From assembly GCA_030039995.1 (NCBI GenBank), contig JASHUL010000082.1:1-28035 (forward strand): DNA of 28,035 nucleotides, given 5' to 3'. Of the stretch, positions 1 to 7,885 are shown in pieces. Position 1 is the stretch's first letter. Every line of letters starts with the position of its first letter. The notes under the pieces were generated by a model. It made no database searches. It saw nothing but the letters and a program-made list of their open reading frames with translations, and had not been told where the DNA came from. Both the position numbers and the translations under genes were made by a program. The DNA comes from Thermoplasmata archaeon (GTDB lineage Archaea; Thermoplasmatota; Thermoplasmata; Lutacidiplasmatales; UBA184).

Positions 1-30
1 GCCTTGTTGCGCCCTATCGCAGGGCACAAC

Positions 31-945
31 TCATGGCCCGTCCCGGCCAACGCGGGGGCGTGTAGTCACGGCTTCGGAGTTCTGCTCGAGGTATCGTCGA
101 AGGAACCATCGTACGAATACCGTCTCATCCTTTCGGACCTGCGACTGCTCAAGCGCTCGGTAGTACCCTGCCCGGCGTGTGTATGGGATGTCGATCATCG
201 GGTACCGCTTTCGATACAGGACAAAGTTCATCGCAATTCGGGTGACTCTTCCGTTGCCATCACCGAACGGGTGAATGGTCACCAGCTTGAGGTGAACCAG
301 CGCTGCGAGAGCGACGGGGTGCAGGTTCTTCCAGGCCACCTTCATCCAATCGAAGAAGTCCTGCAGCAGGAAGTCCAGCTCGACAGGCGCTGGGGGCACG
401 AAATGGCTGCCGGCGATCTTCACGCCGTAGTTCCGGATCTTGCCGGCGAGGTGGGGCTTTGTTGCTCGGAACAACGCCAGATGCCAAGCGAGTAGAGTCT
501 CGAGCGAGAGCTCTGGGGTTTGACGAAGCGCCTCGAGGAACACGCTTTGATGTGCCAACGTCTCCTGAACATCGGAAAGCGGTCGATTGGTGGGGGTGAC
601 CCCGTCTACAAGCAGGAGGGCGGTCTCTCGGAACGTGAGGCTTGATCCTTCGATCCGGTTGCTGTCGTAGGTAAATCTCGTCGCGAAGGTCTCGAGCTCC
701 TTATCTCGAATCGACTTGGGCATCTTGCGAAGATTCCCGAGGTAGCGCTGACGCGACTTCGCCAGCGCGGGCTCGAATTGCTTGGAGAAGAGCGCTTGCC
801 GAAGCGCTACTTTGAGAGGGCCGACGTCTTTCGGCACAGACGTGCCAAGATATTTTTCGATCTTGCGAACTCGACCGTCCTCCCGATACGATTGTGTCAG
901 GTAATAGTAGGTCCTCTCACCTCTACGGCGAGCCTGTATCTCCAT
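31..945 (-). CDS. Fic-domain protein (class II, with N-terminal inhibitory helix) carrying an extra N-terminal beta-rich basic domain; 304 aa
   Basis: Canonical Fic motif HPFGDGNGRVTR and inhibitory motif SNRIEG ((S/T)xxxE(G/N)). Start moved from 987 to ATG 945 (MEIQARRRG...), which lies 25 nt downstream of a TAAATA box. Confidence 0.92.
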   Translation of the reverse strand: MEIQARRRGERTYYYLTQSYREDGRVRKIEKYLGTSVPKDVGPLKVALRQALFSKQFEPALAKSRQRYLGNLRKMPKSIRDKELETFATRFTYDSNRIEGSSLTFRETALLLVDGVTPTNRPLSDVQETLAHQSVFLEALRQTPELSLETLLAWHLALFRATKPHLAGKIRNYGVKIAGSHFVPPAPVELDFLLQDFFDWMKVAWKNLHPVALAALVHLKLVTIHPFGDGNGRVTRIAMNFVLYRKRYPMIDIPYTRRAGYYRALEQSQVRKDETVFVRWFLRRYLEQNSEAVTTRPRVGRDGP

Positions 946-950
946 CGCAA

Positions 951-1003
951 TTGCCCCTACAAAGTAGAAATATTTAGCGGCTTCCAATAAAATGTAGGGG
1001 CAA
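951..1003. promoter_or_regulatory. 11-bp perfect inverted repeat bracketing the fic promoter
   Basis: TTGCCCCTACA (951-961) and TGTAGGGGCAA (993-1003) flank an AT-rich 31-bp spacer that contains TAAATA on the minus strand (976-971). Confidence 0.6.
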
Positions 1004-1258
1004 GATACCGCTGACTCGGTGCCGCACTACGGAGGCGGCGAGAACGCGTCGACGTGACGTCGCCGGGAGGAGATTCTCGTGACGCACGAACCGGGTTCCC
1101 CGTAGGCGGCACGGGGACCCCTGTGGCCGGAGCGCACACTGTCCCGACGTAGGCTGGCGACCCCGTCTGAGCGGCGTGGTCCGAGGGGGACGTCGAACCC
1201 GCCGTTCCGGGGCTGCGTGCAACCTGTGTTGCGCCCCGTGCTGGCGATAGCGGCGCTC

Positions 1259-1882
1259 CTACGAGGGCCGCGGCGGCTTGCGGGCGATCACCACGTCCAT
1301 GGCTTTCCGATGCGGAATGCCGCCCGAATGGGAAATGAATTCGCCCTGTCCCGCATCGAGGATCTCCCAGTCCCAGTAGTAGCCGAGTAGTTCTCCTGAG
1401 CGGAACGGCGACGCGAACGGATTCGTCGTCTGAGGCGGGATGTAAGGTTTCGGGACGTCGGCGTTCATCGCGTTGATCCCGCCCGGCTTGGTACTCGCTT
1501 TGAAGTGTTCGAACCGGGCCTTCCGAAGCCGACGAGGGATGTTATTCAGCGCGCCCGAGGAAAAGACCACATCCGCAGGCCGCGCTAGTCGGTAGGTCCG
1601 GATGTCTCCGACCAGAAATCGGGCGCTGACCCCGAGGCGCGACGCGCGTTGCTTCGCCTTTCGTATTCCTACGCTCGATATGTCGACGCCCAAGACCCGG
1701 TAGCCTCGACGGGCGAAGTAGATCGGGTCACGGCCCTCGCCGCAGCCGAGGTCGACCAAACTCCGGGGCAATCGTAGAGGGGAACGGGCGATGCGAGCGA
1801 CCTCGCGTGCTAGAGCGGTTGGTCTGCTGCCCCAGTACAACCCGGGTCGAGCGTAGCGCTCGTCGTAAATCGCGTTTTTCAA
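1259..1882 (-). CDS. Class I SAM-dependent methyltransferase (TehB-like); 207 aa
   Basis: Motif I LVDLGCGEG followed by VLGVDISSVGI. TTG start preceded by GGAGGGT. Confidence 0.88.
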   Translation of the reverse strand: MKNAIYDERYARPGLYWGSRPTALAREVARIARSPLRLPRSLVDLGCGEGRDPIYFARRGYRVLGVDISSVGIRKAKQRASRLGVSARFLVGDIRTYRLARPADVVFSSGALNNIPRRLRKARFEHFKASTKPGGINAMNADVPKPYIPPQTTNPFASPFRSGELLGYYWDWEILDAGQGEFISHSGGIPHRKAMDVVIARKPPRPS

Positions 1883-1944
1883 CGCTAGTGACCCTCCCTA
1901 TCGGCGATAGACCTTCTTGCGGTAGTTCACACGCTCGACCATAA

Positions 1945-2409
1945 TCACCTGCTCGGACCCTCGACGTTGGTGTAAAGCTCGAGAACATTATTGTCGGGGT
2001 CGCACCACGCGTGCGAGACATAGTAGCTCCTCTTGGGGGCGCCGGCAAACCCGTCGATACGCTGCCGGTCCAATCCATAGAACGGCTTGAACCGCTTTTT
2101 CCGCAGCTCCCGCTCGAGTCCGGCCAAAGCCCTGACACTTGGCACCGCGAATCCGATATGGTCGGACACCCAATCCGCACCACTCTTTGTCGGTATTCTT
2201 GGCGCCTTCCGGACAGCCCGCCTCGGCCTCTCCTCGGTGAGCCAGATTCGCGTACGCCCTTTGCGATATCCCACCCAAAGGCTGGTCGTATGGGGAATCC
2301 GGCGAAACCCCAGGGTTGAAAGGAAGGCATCGTAGAATTTCTGGGATCGCTCCAGATCGGACACTTCCAGACTAACATGCCCGAGGTGGACGCGCGCCGA
2401 ATTGCTCAT
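1945..2409 (-). CDS. VOC (glyoxalase/bleomycin-resistance) family protein; 154 aa
   Basis: HLGHVSLEVSDLERSQKFY, DHIGFAV and DPDNNVLEL. TTAAGT box 23 nt upstream of the ATG. Confidence 0.9.
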   Translation of the reverse strand: MSNSARVHLGHVSLEVSDLERSQKFYDAFLSTLGFRRIPHTTSLWVGYRKGRTRIWLTEERPRRAVRKAPRIPTKSGADWVSDHIGFAVPSVRALAGLERELRKKRFKPFYGLDRQRIDGFAGAPKRSYYVSHAWCDPDNNVLELYTNVEGPSR

Positions 2410-2588
2410 GCCGGGCCCGAGTTGGGTACCGCACTTAACTCATGCCGAGCGCCAACCCTCCCGGCGGGAAGGACTCTGCGCCATCCCTCCCTCCGCTGAA
2501 ATGAGCTGGGACGGGAGCCTTATCGCGCCAATGGGTAGGGAGCTCGTAAGGCCCCGAATTGATCGAGGGCGAACGCGGTAGGCTCGAT

Positions 2589-2602
2589 CGAAAGTTGATA
2601 GG
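2589..2602 (+). promoter_or_regulatory. Archaeal BRE-TATA promoter element
   Basis: CGAAAGTTGATAGG (purine-rich BRE plus TTGATA) upstream of the ATG at 2641. An identical copy lies on the minus strand at 5067-5080. Confidence 0.6.
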
Positions 2603-2640
2603 TCTAAGCTGGGCTCGCCATTAGCTTCTGAAGTGGACGA

Positions 2641-3234
2641 ATGACATCGAGCTACGACCGGATCTCGCCCGCGCCCGCGCGACGATCCGGCGCTGCCCCA
2701 TTATCGATCGCGCTTGGTGTCATCCTCGGAGTCACGATCGTCGCGTCGAATGCTTTCTTTGCCCCGGTCCCGTGCACTCCTGCCGGTGAGGCTCAACTCG
2801 TCGGTCACCCAACGTGTCCGGTTCCACCCCCTCCCTCACCTACCACGCTACTTGCCGCCGGGACGATTTTCTCAGTGCCCGCGGCACAGTTCACGTCCTT
2901 CGAGTTCCAGCCCAGCGACGCTTCGATGGCCGTGCTGAACGGCACGTTTACTACTTCGGCGGGTGGGATGGTTCTCGTGATGACTCCGGCTGAGTATACT
3001 AACTTGAGTCGGGCGCCCGCCACATTTGCTTGCGTGGATTCGGGTGAGTGCTTTACCACCGGCGACACTACCGCCGCGCGGGTCGCCTTCACGCTGCCAC
3101 TCTACCAAGCGACGTACGCCGCCGGCGAGGCGGCGCCGTGGTTTTTGGTCATGCAGAACCCCAACACCGCGTCGGCCAGCAACATCACCTGGACGACCAG
3201 CCTGGTAGCGACGTACGTCGACATTGAACTTTGA
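2641..3234 (+). CDS. Hypothetical membrane-anchored or secreted beta-rich protein; 197 aa
   Basis: N-terminal hydrophobic helix LSIALGVILGVTIVASNAFF, Pro-rich linker, then beta-strand-like segments. Promoter element upstream. Confidence 0.7.
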   Translation: MTSSYDRISPAPARRSGAAPLSIALGVILGVTIVASNAFFAPVPCTPAGEAQLVGHPTCPVPPPPSPTTLLAAGTIFSVPAAQFTSFEFQPSDASMAVLNGTFTTSAGGMVLVMTPAEYTNLSRAPATFACVDSGECFTTGDTTAARVAFTLPLYQATYAAGEAAPWFLVMQNPNTASASNITWTTSLVATYVDIEL

Positions 3235-3342
3235 AACGCCTGAATTCACCACGTGCAACCTTTGTTGCAACTCGGGGCTCCGCTGCGGCACGCTCAACAA
3301 CGTCAGACCGGAGCTTTCTATCTCCAACCGATGCAGGCCACG

Positions 3343-3558
3343 ATGCCAGACGCGGAGGGGCGTTGCCCGAAGTGCGGCGGGCCGACCGAACTAGGCACCT
3401 TGGGCACGATGTCCTACCTGGGAGGAACGCAGTGGTACCGGGAGCGGTCAGCCCTCGCGCTCGGCGGGGAGACGATCGTCAGCAAACCCCTCGGGGGCAT
3501 GACGTGGCTGGACGGCCATCGTTGCCCTGGTTGTCGATTACTGGTGCTCACTTACTGA
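3343..3558 (+). CDS. Small zinc-binding protein (PF20097/DUF6487-like); about 71 aa
   Basis: CPKCGG near the N-terminus and GHRCPGCRLLVLTY at the C-terminus. Start moved to ATG 3343; ATG 3331 is also possible. Confidence 0.7.
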   Translation: MPDAEGRCPKCGGPTELGTLGTMSYLGGTQWYRERSALALGGETIVSKPLGGMTWLDGHRCPGCRLLVLTY

Positions 3559-3682
3559 TCACTCCGTTCCCGAACGACCGGGTTTCGGACGAACCGGCGA
3601 GAGATGCAACGGTGGTTGCAGCTGGCCGACGGAGGGTTCCTGGATTGTAGCCTAGCCCGCTGCTCCTTCCAGGAAGAACGGG

Positions 3683-5044
3683 TCAGCTGCCCGGAGATCT
3701 CTTCGCTCGTATCAACCAGACGACCACAGCAAGACCCACGGCGCACGCCGCCCCGATCGCGATGTATTCGGTCTCTCCGGCGAGGTCGAGCACGGGCGAC
3801 GTCGCTGGGCCCGACGACGGTTGTTCCAGAGCGGACGGGACAATCGTCACGGCCCCGCCGTCATTCTGCGTGAGAACGGCAACGTAGAAGCAGGAGGCGT
3901 TGGCATCGAACAACATCGACGCGGGAAAGCCCCCCGCCGACAGGACAGCGGTGACCGTGTTTGTGCTGCCGGAAATGACCGTCACCGTCCGTGGCTCCCC
4001 GCTGGTGACCGCTACGTCCCCAGTAACCGTGTCAACGGCGACGTTGAATGTGAAGTCACCCACGTGCATCTCTGCTACGACTGCGTCGTTCTCCGTTGAG
4101 ACCACGGTTACGTTTCCGAAATAGTTCGAGATGTAGAGGTCCCGGTTGAGGGGGTCGTAGGCCATCGCCTGGGGCACGGGTGGAATCGGGGTCGAGGAGA
4201 GAACGGTGTAATTCGCGCCAGAAATGACTTGCAGCAGGGAGGCCGAGTTCGGTTGCCCCAGGTCCGCGACGGCGACGTCGACATCTCTGCTAATCGGGTC
4301 GTAGGCGAGGGCGGTTGGGATTCCACCCAACGGAACGGTCGCGAGGACGTTGTTGGACGAACCCGAGACCACCGTGAGGAACTGGGCGGTAGCGTTGCCG
4401 AAGTAGAGGTCCCCGTTCGCCGGATCGAGTAACATATCGCCGGTCGGTCCGGCCGAATAAGGTAGGGTCTGGGTGATGGTCTTCGAAGAATCGGAGATGA
4501 CGAAGATACTGTTGGCCACCTCGCTTCCGGCGTAGACGAATCCGTTCGACGCGTCCGCGAGGAGGTCCCATACCTGTCCGCCGACTTGGACGCTTCCGGT
4601 GTTTGTATCCGTGGCGCCCGAGATGATGCTGACGTCGGAGGTGTTGCCGCTGGTCCCGTAGGTTCCTACGTAGGCGTCGCCACTTCTCGAATCGTACGCT
4701 ATGGAATCCGGGTAGCCTGGAGCTGAGGCCGTTGCTATCGTTCGGTTGGTGCTCGTTGAGATCACGCTCACGTTGTTAGAATTCATGTTCGCGACGAACA
4801 GAGTCCCGCCGGACGCGTCGAGGGCCAGTGCGTACGGCTGCGAGCCCACGGAGATATTGGAAAGGACAGCGGGCTCGACCGCCTCCGTGGTGTTTGCCCG
4901 TGTTGAACTTGAGTAAGTGCTCGTACCAGTGAGAACCAGCGCGCTTGCGAGAAGACACGCGAGAAGCGGGGAAACGTGAATTCCGGCCACCGACCGGCCC
5001 GCGGAAGTCGAATCGCGCTTCCTGAAACGGCGAAGTCCTCTCAC
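3683..5044 (-). CDS. YncE/YVTN-type beta-propeller surface protein with signal peptide and C-terminal membrane anchor; about 453 aa
   Basis: Repeated blades (PYALALDASGGTLFVAN, PDSIAYDSRSGDAYV, PQAMAYDPLNRDLYISN) and C-terminal TM IAIGAACAVGLAVVVWLIRAKR. Start moved to GTG 5044, about 25 nt downstream of the TATA element at 5075-5070. Confidence 0.85.
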   Translation of the reverse strand: MRGLRRFRKRDSTSAGRSVAGIHVSPLLACLLASALVLTGTSTYSSSTRANTTEAVEPAVLSNISVGSQPYALALDASGGTLFVANMNSNNVSVISTSTNRTIATASAPGYPDSIAYDSRSGDAYVGTYGTSGNTSDVSIISGATDTNTGSVQVGGQVWDLLADASNGFVYAGSEVANSIFVISDSSKTITQTLPYSAGPTGDMLLDPANGDLYFGNATAQFLTVVSGSSNNVLATVPLGGIPTALAYDPISRDVDVAVADLGQPNSASLLQVISGANYTVLSSTPIPPVPQAMAYDPLNRDLYISNYFGNVTVVSTENDAVVAEMHVGDFTFNVAVDTVTGDVAVTSGEPRTVTVISGSTNTVTAVLSAGGFPASMLFDANASCFYVAVLTQNDGGAVTIVPSALEQPSSGPATSPVLDLAGETEYIAIGAACAVGLAVVVWLIRAKRSPGS

Positions 5045-5066
5045 CAGCGGGCTAACGAAAACCTTG

Positions 5067-5080
5067 CCTATCAACTTTCG
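5067..5080 (-). promoter_or_regulatory. Archaeal BRE-TATA promoter element
   Basis: Reverse complement is CGAAAGTTGATAGG, identical to 2589-2602. It is positioned for a leaderless transcript starting near GTG 5044. Confidence 0.6.
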
Positions 5081-5749
5081 GCGATTCGCCGGTCGCATTC
5101 TCGACCGGGGTCCCCCGGAGCCTAGAAGGGTCGTCGGTCCCCGGGACCGATCCACTCTCGCACTCGGCAGGGAGACAATCGCCAGCAAGGCCTCCGGTGG
5201 GATGGCAACGCTGGAGGAACCTACTAGTCCTCGGAACCGTCTACTCCTGGAATCCATGAGGTCACTTCCACCCTGAGAAGTCTCGCGTGGACCCGACCGC
5301 CAATTGCCGCGGGGTATCTGGTGCAGGCAGTTTCGTCCAAGATAGGAACGGGCCCCGATTGACTGTGGCCACTGCCGCACGGGCGGGGTGCCCTTTACCC
5401 GAGTTCTGTGGTTTGGGGAGCGCGGAACAGTTCCCATCGGTCTGCTTCACTCAAGGTTCGAGTTCCTCAGCCAGATTTGGTCCCGTGAATCTTTTCGGAT
5501 CACCTCGAATACGATGTCATCTGAAAATGGGTCGTCGTGGATGTTCGGCGAGCGAGGAGAGCGGTACGAGGACCGAGCGGATGGGCCCGTCACTCGGCGT
5601 TCAGCGAGAAGCGAATCCTCTGAGGGTGTATTGGTGGTTGCACTCAGATCAAGACTCGGCGAGGGGGACCTCGGCGACGCTGTTAGGGGACGTCCCCCTC
5701 TTCGAATTCGGTGACGTAGGGGCCGATCGGCAGTTCCGGCCCCGACGTT

Positions 5750-7672
5750 CTACGCTAGGTTCGAGTTCTGCAGCAATACCCGGTACCGTGGGTCTCTTCG
5801 GACCCCCTCGAACACGGGATCATACCGTAACGTATGGAACATGATGGTGTGCGTCTCCTTGGCCTTGTTCAAGCATCGAATCGCGTCGTCCACGTCTCCT
5901 ATCGCACCGTAGAGCCACGCGCAAGAGAACGAGTCGAACTCGGGCTGCGGGAGCGATTCATCCGCACGAAGAATCGCGCGACACCGTTCCTTCTCACCGG
6001 AGAATGCGTAGTACTCTGCCCGGAGCGCCTTCTTGGTATCGGGATCCGTCGCGTGGTCTTCCCGCCAACGGATTTCCTCGAGCAATGGTTCGTACTCCCG
6101 TCGAAAGCGGTGGAAGTTGGCCAAGTCGTGATGGAATTCCCGTCCCTCGGGTTGCAGCTCGCCTAGCTTCTGAATCCGGGCGAGAGCCTCGTCGTACTTC
6201 CCGAGCCACCCGAGCAGTAGAGCATGGTGGGAGAGGTTGAACGGCGAAAGGGGGTCAGAAGCTTCGGCCAGAGCCCACTCGGCTTCCGCCTCGTTAATAC
6301 GAGCCTGCCAGGAAAGCAACTCCGCGTACCAGTGATGCGCCTGCGAGTAACTGGGGTTGAGGGACACAGCCCGACGAAACTCCCTCTCCGCTCCCTCAAA
6401 GTCGTAGGCTCGCCAAAGAATTCCTCCCACCGAGGCATGCGCTTCCGCGAGGTTGGGGTCCAGTTCTACGGCTCGCAGTGCCAACTCCCGACCGGTCGCG
6501 TCGGCCGCTTCCCTGGAGATTCCGAAGGAAGACGGCCCATGCAACACGATCAGGTCCGACAGACCGGAGACCGCCGCGGCATTCTTGGGATCCAACGAAA
6601 TTGCGAGGTCGAACTGCTCTTTTGCCGCCTGGTACGAGCTTTCGCTCTGCTGATGCAGCAACGCTCGCCCTTTTAGATAGGCGAGATAGGAGTCTGACCG
6701 CGTTACGGGTTTCGACTCGAGTCGAGCCTGCTCGGTCGGTCCCAGTTTGACTTTCAGGCCGTCGGCTACCTGCCGCGCGATCTCGGCCTGCACGGCAAAC
6801 ACATCGTCGAGTTCCCGGTCATACGTAGTCGCCCAGAGGTGTCGGTCCGAGCGGGCGTCGATGAGTTGTGCGGTCACTCTGAGACGATTACCGGCCTTCC
6901 GGACGCTGCCCTCCAGGATCGATGTGACGCCCAATTCGGTGCCAATTTGAGACACCGACTTGGGTGTCGCCTTGTAGAGCATCACCGACGTCCGAGAGAT
7001 GACACGGAGCTCTTGTATCTGGGACAGCACCGAGATCAACTCCTCCGTGAGACCGTCCGCGAAGTACTCGTCCTTCGGGTCGGGACTTATGTTGGTGAAC
7101 GGAAGGACCGCGATACCGGCTGGCGTCGGAGTGGCCGCGGCTGACTCGCGCGCGTTCCACGGCAGCACCACTCGGTAGACGTCGATCGGAACCGCTACGC
7201 CCTTGAGAAGGGCCGAGGGGAGCTTCTCGAGCCTGTCGGGGATCTTGTTCCGGACCTGCTCCTGGACGGCCGCCGAGATGCAGATACCCCCCGGTTCGGC
7301 GAGAGGCTCGATCCGGGCGGCGACGTTGACCGCATCTCCGAGGATGTCGCTTCCCTGAGCCACCACGTCGCCGAGGTGAACCCCGATTCGGATCCGGATC
7401 GGAGCGGAATCTCCCTCCGCGTTCCGCTCATGGATCCGCCGCTGGATGTTCACCGCACATTGGGTCGCCTTGAGGGCGCTGTCAAATTCGACCAGGATCC
7501 CGTCTCCCGTCGATTTGATCTCGCGACCCTGATGGATCGCGAGGAGCGGACGGACGAGTTCCTGTTGCCGACGGAGTAGTTCGAGACTCGCGCTCTCGTC
7601 GCCCTGGGTCGAGGCCGTGAAACCGACCGTGTCGGTGAACATGATCGCGGACAGCCGACGGGCCGACGTCAC
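5750..7672 (-). CDS. Class III adenylate/guanylate cyclase + TolB-like domain + TPR repeats; 640 aa
   Basis: MFTDTVGFT, EIKSTGDG and DILGDAVNVAARIE (catalytic and ATP-specifying residues). TolB-like segment IAVLPFTNISPDPKDEYFADGLTEELI. TPR-like helices (DPNLAEAHAS, NPSYSQAHHWYA). TTAATC box about 22 nt upstream of the GTG. Confidence 0.92.
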   Translation of the reverse strand: MTSARRLSAIMFTDTVGFTASTQGDESASLELLRRQQELVRPLLAIHQGREIKSTGDGILVEFDSALKATQCAVNIQRRIHERNAEGDSAPIRIRIGVHLGDVVAQGSDILGDAVNVAARIEPLAEPGGICISAAVQEQVRNKIPDRLEKLPSALLKGVAVPIDVYRVVLPWNARESAAATPTPAGIAVLPFTNISPDPKDEYFADGLTEELISVLSQIQELRVISRTSVMLYKATPKSVSQIGTELGVTSILEGSVRKAGNRLRVTAQLIDARSDRHLWATTYDRELDDVFAVQAEIARQVADGLKVKLGPTEQARLESKPVTRSDSYLAYLKGRALLHQQSESSYQAAKEQFDLAISLDPKNAAAVSGLSDLIVLHGPSSFGISREAADATGRELALRAVELDPNLAEAHASVGGILWRAYDFEGAEREFRRAVSLNPSYSQAHHWYAELLSWQARINEAEAEWALAEASDPLSPFNLSHHALLLGWLGKYDEALARIQKLGELQPEGREFHHDLANFHRFRREYEPLLEEIRWREDHATDPDTKKALRAEYYAFSGEKERCRAILRADESLPQPEFDSFSCAWLYGAIGDVDDAIRCLNKAKETHTIMFHTLRYDPVFEGVRRDPRYRVLLQNSNLA

Positions 7673-7885
7673 GGCCCGAAACCGCCTTCCGTTAGATTAA
7701 GCCCCGCCTCTTCGACCGCACCGGGAGCCGCATGCTCGAGGGCAGTCGCTGAGGGCTCGCGAGTTTCGCGTATCTGCACGGTGGGCTGGGTCCCAGGTCG
7801 CTGGAAGATTCCTCGATAGAGCGGACCGCTATTCAGGGGGAATGCGTGCAGCGAGTCTTGCACTCGTCGCGCAGCTAAGTGGTCG

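Noticed and set aside
4-495. 163-aa plus-strand ORF
   Set aside because: Antisense shadow of the Fic gene with no recognisable motifs.
1093-1120. GC-rich hairpin GGGTTCCCCGT-AGGCGGC-ACGGGGACCC
   Set aside because: A single bulged stem in GC-rich DNA, with no U-tract and no second copy seen. Expected by chance.
1178-1201. tRNA 3'-end-like string on the minus strand (GGGTTCGACGTCCCCCTCGGACCA)
   Set aside because: The T-loop has an extra base, no matching acceptor 5' strand, D-arm or anticodon arm was found upstream, and no integrase is nearby. tRNAscan-SE or ARAGORN would settle it.
2405-2447. 9-bp direct repeat CTCATGCCG around the VOC start, creating an ATG-AGT-TAA mini-ORF
   Set aside because: Too short to distinguish from chance, and the mini-ORF lies upstream of the VOC TATA box.
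5045-5437. N-terminal extension of the 584-aa beta-propeller ORF
   Set aside because: It runs through the gene's own BRE-TATA element and would bury the signal peptide about 150 aa inside the protein.
5388-5714. 108-aa plus-strand ORF with a repeated FGERG peptide
   Set aside because: No promoter, Shine-Dalgarno or family signal; the short repeat alone is insufficient support.
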